64,000 nt of DNA. It comes from Octopus sinensis. Taxonomy: Eukaryota. The stretch is from positions 58,280,001 to 58,344,000 of the forward strand of contig NC_043005.1 in assembly GCF_006345805.1 (NCBI RefSeq), read 5' to 3'. Shown one piece after another: positions 1-12,679 of the stretch. Numbering within the stretch: the stretch's first letter is position 1; every line of letters starts with the position of its first letter. Position numbers and translations under genes: made by a program. The notes beneath the pieces were generated by a model. The model was not told the origin of the DNA and ran no database searches. It worked only from the letters and a program-made list of their open reading frames with translations.

Positions 1-484
1 TATATATACATACATATATCTATATATATATACATATATGTGTTTTTGTGTGTGTAGGGTATGTGTGTGTGTGTGTGCATATATGTATGTGCCCTTGCGT
101 ATCTACTGTATGTAAATATGGATAAGAAGTGGTAAAGGTTGATGACTTTGATGTCTGATGTCATTGGTCGATGAACTTTTTGACATGTTCCTTTTAACTG
201 AGAAAATATCTGCGAAGGCTTTATGACTTTTTAATTATAACTTATGGCATCGCTATGTCTATTGATTCGTAGATTATTCCCAGATATTCTATGTCATTGT
301 TAAACCATAACCTAACTTAGATAAGTGAATTTAGATTGTATATTTATATGATCTCTCCGTTTGCTATTTGCGTGTTTTCAGCCACTCATTCTAATTCTCT
401 TATATATTCCAATGTAAAATTTAAAGGGGTCTCTAGTCCAGGTAATGTTTGCCTTATCTTACCTGTTTAAAATCTTCCCCATTT

Positions 485-580
485 AAAATTTTACCTAATG
501 ATGGTGGGTTGTATCTTATGATGTAATTTTTCATCACCGCATTAAATAAATAAAATTCTACTGAAACAGCTGTAAATTTT
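485..580 (+). ncRNA. Decayed type I hammerhead-like motif (probable PLE pseudo-LTR remnant)
   Basis: aaaattttac-CTAATGA(495-501, G5>A)-long degenerate stem II-GAAA(563-566)-CAGCTG-TA-aatttt. The GAAA-CAGCTG-TA block also occurs at 62870-62881. Stem I only fits if one 'gta' was lost. Confidence 0.4.
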
Positions 581-628
581 AAGTCCCATTTGTGTTTATT
601 ATATATATATATTCTTTTATCTTTTATT

Positions 629-974
629 CTTTTACTTGTTTTAGTCATTTGACTGCCTTTTAGTTGAACAAATTGACCCCCCAGGACTTATTCTGTAAGC
701 CTAGTACTCAGTCTATCGGTCTCTTTTGCCGAACTACTAAGTTACAGGGTTGTAAACACACCAATATAGGTTGTCAAGCAATAGTGGGGGGGGAAAGTCA
801 CAGATTTACACACACACACACATATACGACGGGCTTCTTTCAGTTTCTGTCTACTAAATCTACTCACAAGACTTTGGTCAGCCTGAGGCTATAGTTGAAG
901 ACACTTGCCCAAGGTGACACGAAGTGGGACCATGCGGTTGGTAAGCAAGTTACCACACAGCCATGCCTGCACCT
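629..974 (-). mobile_element. tRNA-derived SINE, family A (octopus OK/OR-type)
   Basis: Reverse complement of the recurrent head ggcgcaggagtggctgtgtggtaag..., internal (TG)n and tail ...aaatgactgaaacaagtaaaag seen in many copies in the window. Confidence 0.8.
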
Positions 975-995
975 ATATCAATATATATATATATA

Positions 996-2268
996 TTAGG
1001 TTATCCGGAAAGTTTGTTCCGATTGATAGAAGCTTATCTTTTGACTTATTTTAGACATGGTTGAGTCCATAAAATAGGATTTGACTACTTCTCCATTTAG
1101 AGCACAGTTTAAGCTATCTTTTCATGGAAGAGGGTTTAAGTTCCTATAACCTGTGTTAATTCTGTAACCCTTTAAAATGGAAGATAAGAAAGTTCATTTT
1201 CGGCACTTGATGCTTTTCTTTTTCCGTAAAGGGAAAAATACTTCTCAAGCAACCAAAGAAATATGCGCAGTTTACGGTGATGTCTCTGTATCTGAAAAAA
1301 CTGTATGGAAGTGCTTCCCAAGGTTCTGAGCTGGAGATTGTAGCCTTATTGATAAAGAGCAATCAGGCAGACCATCCACTACAGATGATGACCAAATCAA
1401 GTCATTAATTGAGAATAACCTACATTGCACAACCGAGAATTGGCAGAAAGCCTCAGCCTATCAAAATTCATTGTTGATGAACACCTTGGGTACACAAATA
1501 ACTACGATGTTTGGGTACCTCATGAGTTGAGTGAGAAGAACCTTTTGGATCGCATTTCTATCTGTGATTCGCTTTATAAATGGAATGAAAATGCGCCTTT
1601 TTTAAAGCAAGTTGTGACAGTTGATGAGAAATGGATTATCTACCAAAATGTTCAGAGAAAGTGATCCTGGAGTAAGCGACATGAGCCACCCTTAGCCACC
1701 CCAAAAACGGCTTTTCACCCTAAAAAAGTTTTGCTTTGTGTCTGGTGGGATTGGAAAGGAATTCTGTACTATGAGCTTCTCCCAAGTAACCAGACAATTA
1801 ATTCTGAGAAATACTGCACACAACTGGACGAGTTAAAAGCAGCAATTCCCAAGAAATGTTCAGAATTGGCCAACAGGAAGGGTGTTGTTTTCCAACATGA
1901 TAATGCAAGACAGCTTCTTTCTTTGGGAACCAGACAAAAATTGCTGCAGCTCGGCTGGGATGTGTTACCCCACCCTCCATATTCACCAGATATTGCTCCT
2001 TCGGATTTCCACTTATTCAGGTTTCTGCAGAATAGTCTTAATAGTAAAAATTTCAATTCCTTCGATGACGTAAAAAGATATCTTGATGAATTCTTTGCCA
2101 TGAAACCACTTCAATTCTAGGAAGGGGGTATTTTCAAGTTAAAGGTAAGATGGAGATGCATTGTGAAACAAAATAGTTCATATTTGGTTGATTAAAAATG
2201 TAATGGCAAGTATTTATTGACCTTTTTCTTTCCTTTAAAAATTGGCACAAACTTTCCGGACTATCCAA
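996..2268 (+). mobile_element. Full-length mariner transposon with pseudogenised transposase
   Basis: Imperfect TIRs ttaggttatccggaaagtttgttccgatt / aattggcacaaactttccggactatccaa, TA on both sides, ~1.27 kb. Transposase from ATG 1177 (MEDKKVHFRHLMLF) with WVPHEL, VTVDEKW, HDNAR, YSPDIAPSDFHLF; stops and frameshifts. Confidence 0.95.
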
Positions 2269-2391
2269 TATATGTATGTATATCATTAATGAAAAAAACG
2301 CAGTTAAAACGGACAACATGAAAAAAGCAACAATGAAAGGACATGGTACATACAAAGTGTTAATAAGATGCTCAGAGAAGGAAACACAAGG

Positions 2392-2428
2392 TGTTTTACT
2401 TTTCAAGCAAAGCTCTTCTTCAGAAACA
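2392..2428 (-). ncRNA. Partly decayed minimal type I hammerhead motif
   Basis: Minus strand reads TGTTT CTGAAGA A GAGC TTT GCTT GAAA AG TA AAACA: stem I 5 bp, stem II 4 bp, stem III palindrome ACGT mutated to AAGT. Confidence 0.6.
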
Positions 2429-2479
2429 GGAATCAGAGGAAAGTCAAAGAGAAAAGGAAGATGAGGAAAAATCGCCATA

Positions 2480-2530
<51 letters not shown>

Positions 2531-2589
2531 GTACGTACGTATGAACAACAAGCAAATGTATTAGTTTGATGCTCAGGAAAATGAAAGAC

Positions 2590-2623
2590 TCTTTTACTTT
2601 TTGAGCCTATGCTCTTCAGAAAG
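2590..2623 (-). ncRNA. Decayed minimal hammerhead motif
   Basis: Minus strand reads CTTT CTG-AAGAGC ATAG GCTC AAAA AG TA AAAGA; same architecture as 2392-2428 and 55397-55434, with GAAA lost. Confidence 0.4.
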
Positions 2624-3195
2624 GAATAAATAAGAAGAAATAAATAGAGAGAGAATGAAAAACTTGTAGATTTCAGGGAGGGCCATACATATATGTATAA
2701 ACATATATATATATATACATACACAAACACGCACACACACACACACATAATGGAAATATGTTACAAAAAGAAAATAGAAACTACATGTGGAAATGTAAGC
2801 GGAAAGTAAGAAGAAAAATAAATGAAAATATTGGAAATCAAAAAAAGTAAAGGCTTTTTATGGAAATTAAGATGAACTGAGGTAGGAATAAAAGTAATAA
2901 AAGTCATTATTGTGAATTGTTAAAGAGATTCAAATATATTATATAAAACCCATTTATGTCTACCTTACTTTCTCACTCTATTTACACAATTACATACTAT
3001 CTGTCACTTCAATAAGAATACACCATTCAAAATACTGCCAAAATACTGCTTCAATTTACCTGGAATTTTAACTCTTCTGACCAACATCCATATCCTTTGG
3101 AAAAAGATGAGTTGTGAACATAATTCTCCCGCCTGTATTTTACTTTTACTCTTTATTCTTCCATTTACTCCTTTATTCTTCCATTTTATCACTCT

Positions 3196-3404
3196 TTTAC
3201 TCTTTTACTTGTTTCTGTCATTTGACTGTGACCATGCTGGAGCACCGCCTTTAGTCGAGCAAATCGACCCCAAGACTCATTCTTTGTAAGCCTAGTACTT
3301 ATTCTATTGGTCTCTTTTGCCGAACTGCTAAGTTATGGGGATGTAAACACACCACCATCGATGTCAAGCGATGTTGGGGTATAAACACAGACACACAAAC
3401 ACAT

Positions 3405-3461
<57 letters not shown>

Positions 3462-3603
3462 TGTATACAAATCCACTCACGAGGCTTTGGTCGGCCCAAG
3501 GCTATAGTAGAAGACTCTCGCTCAAGGTACCACGCAGTGGGACTGAACCTGGAACAATGTGGTTCGTAAGCAAGCTACTTACCACACAGCCGCTCCTATG
3601 CCT
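3196..3603 (-). mobile_element. SINE family A copy with internal (CA)n
   Basis: Complete head-to-tail match to the family A motif set on the minus strand. Confidence 0.8.
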
Positions 3604-3955
3604 CCTTATAAACTGTGAATACATTTTATTCCTTGTAAACTGTAAATTTTCCCTGTTTAAAATATTCATACCTTTTCTCTGATGATGGAGTATCCAGCAT
3701 GTGGATATCCTAACCTACCTTGGGTTATCCCAGAAAAAGGCTGTAAGACTTCAAATTCACCTTATCCTAATTAAATTATCCTAAATGATCTGAGATACTT
3801 GTTCTGCCTTGCTTTTGCTTTCCCCTCTAATATGATATATACCTGCTATAATGGAACCCTAATGTGGATCCCTAGTTCCAACCTCAGCTGTGAACTTGGA
3901 ACCTAACAGACAACCAACTATAGCAGTTACTCGTTTAGAGTAAAGTCCTCATGTT

Positions 3956-3992
<37 letters not shown>

Positions 3993-4241
3993 TGTAACTT
4001 CCATGTTGAGTTGAATTTTCCTATTTGTATCACCAAACACACACACATGCACATGCACACATACATGTGCACATATATAATTTATGGCTAGAAAGCTTGC
4101 CTCACGACTATGTGGACTTGCAGCACATTGGGCAAGTGGTTTTTTTCTTATGACTCCTGTTCAAAGACTTGTGAATGAATCTGAGAGACAGAAACTGAAA
4201 TAAACCTGTCATACAATGTATATGCATGTGTGTGAGTGTGA

Positions 4242-4322
<81 letters not shown>

Positions 4323-4759
4323 CCTTTGCCTAGGCATCTAATAATGTTTGTCAATGTGCATCGTTGTCATACAAGTGAGGTTCTTCATTTCCAGTGATTT
4401 ACTAAAAATATGTCTAGGGGTTGGGAGCAAGATTATCCTGCTTAGAAGCTGTTGAAGGTTGGCGACTGGAAGGGCATCTATCCAAAGGAAAAATCTGTCT
4501 CAACAAATTCTGTATCCTCCATGCAAGAACGGAAATGTGAATGTTAAATGATACATACACACACACATACAGACACACGCACTCACATAAATATATATAG
4601 ATACATATATGTCTATACGTCAATATTTATACAAGCACACACACACACTCACGTGCACACATACACATACACACACGCTTGACACACACATATTTAGAGA
4701 AAGTAAATGAAAGTGAAGAGAAAGAGAGGAGAAAATTAGATTAGGTATAAGTATACATA

Positions 4760-4813
4760 CATATGTATGCATATAAGTATATATATATGTGTGTGTGTGT
4801 ATATCTATATCTA

Positions 4814-4899
<86 letters not shown>

Positions 4900-4934
4900 A
4901 TACATATATCTATATATATCTATCTATCTATCTA

Positions 4935-4978
<44 letters not shown>

Positions 4979-5160
4979 TAGATAGATAGATATACGTATT
5001 TATATATATATATACGTATTTATATATAATTACATGACTAGATATATGTGTGTGTTTATATACATACACACATATATATGCATATACATATATATATATA
5101 CGCACATGTACGCACACACATACACACACACACACGTGTATAAGTATATAAATATGCATA
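4760..5160. repeat. Compound (TA)n/(TCTA)n/(CA)n microsatellite
   Basis: Directly visible; explains the YI-rich ORFs. Confidence 0.95.
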
Positions 5161-5574
5161 TAATTCAGCATTAAAATTGTTTCGACATATCTTGATTAAG
5201 AAGACAATGAAATCACTCGAAAAACAATAAAATGTAAAACTTATAAAAATAAAATAAAAATAAAATAACAATCTACAGATAATATTCTAATGAAAATTGG
5301 TATTGTTGCAATTTCTTTTCGTTTCCTTCATAGCTTCCATTCTGTTGCATTGTGCTTCTGTTTCCGTGAAATGAATTGAAATATAATGTTGATTTATTGT
5401 GTTTGTCAGATAAGAAGATGAACCTGTCAGCTGAAATGTATATATATTTTGTACTTCACTGACGGACTGATTATAGACTGACTAATTGAGTGGATGTGAT
5501 TTGTTTGCCTGGTTTTTTTTTAGCTTATTTTATCTTATTGTGTTTGCTGGTTTCTAGAGGCAGAGGAGGAAATA

Positions 5575-5621
<47 letters not shown>

Positions 5622-5690
5622 CACCACCAACACCACCACCACCAACACCACCACCACCACTATCACCACCACTCATAATTATAATAATGG
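5575..5690. repeat. (TAC)n/(CAC)n trinucleotide microsatellite
   Basis: Directly visible; explains the poly-Y/H and poly-S/G ORFs. Confidence 0.95.
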
Positions 5691-5928
5691 TTTCAAATTT
5701 TGCCACAACGGCAGCAATTTTGGGGGTTGGGGTGGGGAGGAGTTGATTATATTGACTCCAATGTTCAACTGATACTTTATTTATCGACTCTGAAAAGATG
5801 AAAGGTAAAGTCAACCTCTGTAAAAGGTAAAGTTGACTTCGGCAGAACTTGAACTCAGAACGTAAAGACAGATGAAATGCTGCCAAACATTTTTGTCAGC
5901 TCGCTAACAATTCTTCCAGCTTGCTGCC

Positions 5929-5932
<4 letters not shown>
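5686..5932 (-). mobile_element. tRNA-derived SINE, family B
   Basis: Reverse complement of the element at 62001-62224 (ggcggcgagctggcagaatcgttagc...gttctgagttcaaattcc). Other copies at about 6913-7120, 9285-9492, 14283-14483, 24915-25132, 35675-35788, 39330-39560, 59545-59703 (all -) and 34833-34978 (+). Confidence 0.75.
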
Positions 5933-5986
<54 letters not shown>

Positions 5987-7130
5987 TGATGATGATAATA
6001 ATCCTTTCTACTAGAAGCACAAATTTAGGGGAAGGGATTAAGTCAATTACATCGACCCCAGTGTGTAACCAGTGTTATAATAATAATAACGATAATATTA
6101 ATGATGATAATGATGATAATGATGATAATGATGATAATGATGATAATGATAATAATGATAACAATGATAATAGCAATAAGTAGTGTGGGAGCACCAATAG
6201 CCATGTGTTGAGAGGAATTCTTTGGAGTTTGAGTTTCACCTCTGGAAATATGGGTGTTTTGTTCAACATCTATAAATGACCCTTATTCAGGGACTTTTAA
6301 AATTGGATGGGCTACTCAACCTGAAGAAGATTCTAACTAGGCCCCACCTGCAAGTCATGCACTGTTTATCTTGATATGAGATCACCATGTTGCACACATG
6401 TAGTTGTGATGCATGTGTCTAGTGTACCCTTATTGGATCGATAGTTATGATGAGTATACTGGGCTTCATATATTTGTACCCCAGTGTCACTTTGCATGCA
6501 CTGCTCTCTCATTAAATAATAACAATGATAATAATAATAATAACAAGAGTACTCAGCAAGCACAAACCTCCACCAAGGTAATATCAACGTCCTCTCAATG
6601 ATTAGCAACAACAGATGATTTTTCAAAATGAGAATATCTGAAATATATTGAACTGCTCTCACAAACAAGAATACTAAAAATGAACCCAACTGCTCTCATA
6701 AATTATGTGAAAAAAAAAAGGAAAAATAATGTAGAATCCTTGAATGGTACCAGATTGATGCCAAAATCTAATCAGTTTGTGTCAGTTACGAGGTCAAACA
6801 TCCGAATCCATCCAGCAGTTCTTGAGATATCTTGTCCATGGACAAACAAACAAACAAAAACAAACAAACATGACTGGAAACAAAACCCAACCTTTGCTAA
6901 AGTGGAGGTATTAATGGTTTCAAATTTTGGCCCAACTCAGCAATTTCAGGGTTGGGGGTTATATTAATTACATCAGTCCCAGTGTTCAACTGGTACTTAT
7001 TTTATTGACCCTGATAGGTTGACAGGCAATGCTGACCCTGGTGGAATCTGAACTCAGAATGTAATGCCACTAAGCATTTTACTTGGCATGCTAACAATTC
7101 TGTTTGCTCATTGCCTTACAACTAATAACG

Positions 7131-7172
<42 letters not shown>

Positions 7173-7712
7173 TAATAATAATAATAATAATGATAAAAAC
7201 TAATAATGATAATAATGAAAAAGTGCTGTCAAAGTGTCTCAAATTTGAAATATTAAATAAATAATTGCATAAATAAATAGAGAAGTTTAATAAATGAAAA
7301 TTGGATAAACAAAAGTTATATAAAAATTAAACATATGAATTTAAATTAAATAAATAAAAATTAAGTATATGGAAAATCTAATAAGTGAGAATTAAATAGA
7401 TACTCATCAGTTAAATTGAATAAACAGGAATTAAATAAACAAAATTAAATAAAAATTAAAATAATAAAAAAAATTAATAGATTAAACAATAAATAAATGA
7501 AAAATGGAAGGGAGCATAGAAAGATAAATAAATAGAAAATAAACATCTGAAAATTTAATAAGCAAAAATTAAATAAATAAAATTTAAATAAATATTAAGA
7601 AATGAATAAATAAAAATTTAATGTGCAGATTTAATCCTGACAATTTGATTTCTATACCATACTCTTTAGTTTAATTTTTAATCTAGTACTTTGTTAAATT
7701 GGCAAAGAAAAA

Positions 7713-7756
<44 letters not shown>

Positions 7757-7772
7757 CAGTCATGTAACAAAG

Positions 7773-7837
<65 letters not shown>

Positions 7838-8189
7838 ACATAACTAATGTTGCGGTTGTTGAACACCAGGTCAACTTTAATTAAGCTGTTCTATGATCAA
7901 AGGTGTTCAGATCCAATCACTCTGTCATTTGTTATATCTCTGGAGCCGTATTATTTTTGATGACACCATTCTTTTTTCTTTTTGCTGCTTATGTTTTTGT
8001 GGCACTAGAGTGTAATTTAAGTGACTTAAACAACTCTTTCTATCAGGTCAAGCAATCAATCTGAAAGTGGCCCCCTCCTTAGTTCTTAGACTCAATCATC
8101 ATCATCATCATCGTCATTATCATTGAAGACATCACACTGTATCCAATACTGTGATGTTGTAGATTGAAAATATTGTATACCAGGGACTT

Positions 8190-9195
8190 GTCTGTCAAAT
8201 CACAAGGACCTGAGACAGACAGTACCTTATGCAGTATATGTGCAGACCCAAGTAAAGTTAGTTAATGCAATATACCACGATTAGGGTGTATTTCCAAAGT
8301 ATTCACTTATTTCTTCAGGTTTAGTGGTATTGAATCTAATGCTCCAGTGACAACAGAGACAACCTTTATGTTTGACTCTCTCAGCAGCCACATCCAGGCA
8401 ATCTCAATTTTCAAGTGTCCATATTAGTCAACTGTTTATCTTTTCTTTCATGACAATATATTGATCTCCTGGCACTTCCATGTCAATTATTAGGCACTCT
8501 TGTTTGTCTTTTTTAAAGGCTACTGTATCTGGCCTTTGGTACTCTAACACTTTGTCTGTCTGGCAGTCAAAATACCGTAGGATCTTTGCCTTCCTGTTTT
8601 TGGCGATTACCTTTCTTGGTATATGATGGTACCAATTGCTCATTATTTCGTATCCTTACTTCGGACACAATAGCCAGTGAAAGTTTAAGGCTCCCTTGTC
8701 ATGTCTGTACTTGCACCCTTCTTTTGCAAGACTTTCACAAGTTCTAACAATGTGTCACACTTTTGACCTTCTTCCCACACATTCTGCAGAGGTTCGTTGC
8801 ACTTGTGTGGTATATATTTCTTTTCACTGAGTTGGTATTCAATGCCTGGTCCTGGGCAGCAATGAAAAGGCTTTCAGTTCTCTTTTTAAGATCACCTTTG
8901 CTGAGCCACATCCACGATGCTTCCTGGTCTTTCAGATTGTTAGTTTCATGTGGAACTGACCATGTAATTCTGTGCTATTCATTAGCACTCTCAACTCCAT
9001 TGTAAATCTTTCAACATTAGCAGTATACTGTAGCAGATCTTGTTTGCTGTTTACCGAATGCTCTGTCAAGTTTCTTCTTTCACTTTTGATGCACTCCATA
9101 CACTATCAGATCACATCAACCTTTACCCTACTTCATGTACAGCTTGTGAACATTTGCCTTTGGATGATGACCCTGCATTGTCATCATCTTTAGGG
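8190..9195 (-). pseudogene. R4/Dong-type non-LTR retrotransposon 3' half (end of RT, CCHC knuckle, restriction-like endonuclease)
   Basis: Minus-strand translation: HHPKANVHKLY, LHGQF..EASWMWLSKGDLK..FIAAQDQAL, CRMC..THIVRTC, WYHHIPRKV..KILRYFDCQTD..RPD..IIDMEVPGD; frameshifted. Confidence 0.85.
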
Positions 9196-9899
9196 TAGTG
9201 TGGTTGAGTTGATCAAAAAGTGTATTTTTTCTTTATATCTATATGTTTTATCTTTTTAATTCATTTTTTATTTCCTTAAACCATTGATTTCAAATTCCGG
9301 CGCAAGGGCAGCAATTTCAGGGAGAGATTAGTCAATTACATTGACCATACTTTTCAATTGACACTTATTAATCAACTCCAAAGGGATGAAAGTCAAAGCT
9401 GACCTTGGTGGAATTTGAACTCAGAACTTAGACATATGAAATGCCATTAAGCATTTTGTTTGGCATGCTAATGATTTTTCCAGCTCACTGCATTATATCT
9501 GTCAAACGTATTTAAACAAAGTAAATAAGGAATACCCTCTAAGTTCATTTAATTATATCTAAAAGTACAGTTTTGAATAAATGGTAGGATTTCAAAGGAA
9601 CTTTTAAAAATTCTTTGCTTATTTTTGATATATACGAACATAAGGTTTTCTAATATGTTAACTTACACATTTGAATTTCTATGGGTCCTTCTAGATGCTA
9701 TAATTACCCTTCCCAATCATCTGTCAATCTTTTCTTATATTTCTCTTCTTGTAACACCTCATTATCATCACCTTTTTCTCTCCCTTCGGATGAGGCAGGC
9801 ATTTATCTCCTCTTTGATTAGACACTTGTTCCTCTCCCACTATCTTACTTTTTCATGTCAGCACATAGGATAAAGCTACCTCCCACTCTATTACAACTT

Positions 9900-11335
9900 C
9901 CACCTCATGCAATACATCATAGAGAAAGTGGATGAAGAACCTGGAACAAGTAGGGCCCTGATCAATTTAAATCAGTCTGAAGCTTTCAGTAGGATTGACC
10001 TTCTATACTTGGTGGCAGTCCTCAAGGCAGCCAGTTTTTGGTCTGTATTCAGGGGCTGGATTGTTGCAATGCACGACATCTGTTCAGTGATCAGAGTGAA
10101 CAGTCACCTCTCAGAACCATTCAACATTATGCACTCGGTCTGCCCAGATTGCCCTCCCCACGTCTCTGTTGTACATACTGTCTCTTAGTACAATACTACA
10201 CAAGCTGGAGATCTTGAGGAGTATCTCTTGTAAACTAGTATGTGGGAGATCTGTGTTGGCACATACCAATGACGTCACCAAGCACATTGAGATAATTGGC
10301 ACCACTCTCAGGGACTCTGAGACAGAATCAGCAGTGAAAATTAGCCAGGAAAGGGCTGTGGACTTGTGGCTGTTGAGTGCTGGATGGACAGACTGGTTAA
10401 ATTGCTTAGGGTCTGGTTTGGTCTGGACCTCCAGATGGACAAAAACTGGGATGAGGTAATGAGCAGGAAGGCTACTTTCACTCAGAAATGGGCCAAGAGG
10501 AAGCTAACGTGTATATCATCTCCCTCATCTATTATTGCTCGACTATCATGCCTTGTATCCAGTCCCCATCTGATTGCAATGGAGCATGTAATCTTTTTCT
10601 TCTTGTGGAAGGGATGTGTTCCTATGGTCAGGTGGCCTGTCTGCTGTTAATAACTGCTGCATGGTGAACTAAGCATGCCATAGTTGATGATTCACAAATA
10701 TGCACTTAGGCTACATCTCCAGCACTTCCTTGATGGTAAACAAGTTTCCAGACACATATTTTCCTTGCTGGTCTCTTTGACAGTGTTGCAGTCCTGGGTC
10801 AAACAGAAACCAAGAGAAGACATTTGGAAAGTGGAATGTCTTCAAGCACTCACAGCCCTCAGTGAGTTGGACACTATGATAGGTTGAAAGTCCACTTTAG
10901 CATTCTATAGAAGATTAAGGGCAGGAAAATGCGACATTTTTGTGGGAAGTTTGGGCAGCAGTGACAATCAGCTAGCTGCTCTCTTTGGCGAACTTTCAGC
11001 CTGGAGCTGATAGATAACTTACCGAAATTCCTCGTCAAACAGTGCTACCAGAGAGCTTTGCTTGTTCGAGACAAACTCTTCAGGCATGGAAGTGTTGTTG
11101 GCTGAACATGTCCAAGATGCATGCAGAGCAACAAAACTATCCTGCATGTACTTGTCCAGTCCCTGAACATTGCTGACCTATAGATTTATGTCGAACACCT
11201 GCTGTTACATATGGGATGGATTTGGCTATCAACTGAATCCATTCTGAAGGTTGCTCTGCTGCCTTCATTTAACCAGGAAGGGCAGGCAGTTTTTATATGC
11301 CTGGGTTGACATGGCGAAAAAGGTTGTATTGAGGA
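9900..11335 (+). pseudogene. L1/Tx1-type LINE remnant (RT domain and C-terminal Cys knuckle)
   Basis: ALINLNQSEAFSRID, VIRVNSHLSEPF, LAHTNDVT (decayed YADD), VKLLRVWFGLDLQMDKNW, ALLVRDKLFRHG..CPRC..TILHVLVQ across several frames. Confidence 0.85.
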
Positions 11336-11344
11336 TGATGTACC

Positions 11345-12100
11345 TGAAACAGTCGACAAAGATAAGATCTAGGAATGGACTAGGAAAAGCGACTTGAAAG
11401 TTGAAACTGAAGCCCTCATCTTTGCAGTCCCAAAACAGGCACTGATAATGAACTATATCAAGTTCAATTTTGACAAGTCAGTGACTTCCCCACTTTGTAG
11501 GTTGTGTGATGAGAAAGATGAAACAATAAACCATATTATTAATGAATGTAAGATGCTCATGCCAAAAGAATACAAGAGAAGGCACGACAACATTGCCAAA
11601 TTGCCTCACTGGAAGCCCTGTTATAAGTATGACATGAGCAGAAGTGAGAAATGGTATGAGCACCAACTCGAAAGGTTTACTGAAAACAAATAATTTAAGA
11701 TCTTGTGGGATATGACCATCCATTTTATTGTGCTGCTGTTGGTTAGCGAGTGGGTTTGACTCAGGGCACAGCCTTTCCTCACTTGAAATCCTGATGTTGT
11801 TGTAAAAAAGATGAAGAACAAATCAATTATTGTGGATAGTTTCACCATGAGGGCCATAGGGTGAATGAGAAGGAAAGTGAGAAAGCAGAGAAATATCAAG
11901 ACCTGAAGAGTGAAATCAGGAAACTATGGAGAATCAGGCACATAGAAGTGGTACTGATTGTAGTTGGCACACCGAGAGCAGTTGGTAAAAGGTTGGATGT
12001 AGGGCTTTGGAAGCTAGGAATTTGCATCAGAATGGGATTGTCGCAAAAACAGCCTTGTTAAGAGCAGCAAGGATTCTAAGGAAGGTGTTAGAAATTTGAA
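11345..12100 (+). pseudogene. R4/Dong-type non-LTR retrotransposon 3' end (CCHC knuckle plus restriction-like endonuclease)
   Basis: KVETEALIFA..QAL, CRLCDEKDETINHIINEC, KEYKRRHD, KWYEH, KILWDMTI, PDVV, EKAEKYQDLKSEIRKLW, ARILRKVLEI*. Confidence 0.9.
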
Positions 12101-12647
12101 GGAGAAGGAATGACCCAAAGGGCTTTTGGCCATTTGATATGGCTCACTCTTTTGGTATAGTATCAGTATAACATCTGCCAGAGCAAAAACATCAATGAAA
12201 ACAATAATAGTAATAATGATGTCTTTATTGGCTGCAAAGGGTTTACATCAAGTGAAACATTATGGACAGTACATGACAAAACATTGAATGTGTGTGCATG
12301 TGTGTTGTTATGAGGTTTTTGCATGAAAACAGGTTTAATGAGAAGAAGGAAAAGCAATAATATTTTGAGAATGTATAATCTTCGATAGGGAGATGTTCAA
12401 GGGCTACTCAGGGAAAACCACAGAAAACCATGTACCAGGAGGATCCCATCCTTATCACATATTTTTTCCCTGGTGTCGTACACTCTATATACTTCACTTC
12501 TTTTAATGAATACTGTATATACTTTTCCTTCTTTTTTCTTTTCTTTTTTATCATTCCATTGTATATAAACTGTCACACTTTATGTCTGTGTCTGTATTGC
12601 CCCCCCCCCCCAATCATCATTTGGCCTTGTGGCAAATAAAAGAAATC

Positions 12648-12679
<32 letters not shown>

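Noticed and set aside
463-569. Candidate minus-strand host exon (tttacag|...AVSVEFYLFNAVMKNYIIRYNPPSLGKILNGEDFKQ|gtaaga), and a weak GIY-YIG-like reading (FYIG..KH) downstream
   Set aside because: No recognisable protein, weak pyrimidine tract and no partner exons. The same bases fit a plus-strand hammerhead fossil. Needs RNA-seq or BLASTX to reopen.
9610-9890. Possible RTE RT fragment on the minus strand
   Set aside because: Only faint similarity through many stops; not supportable without a search.
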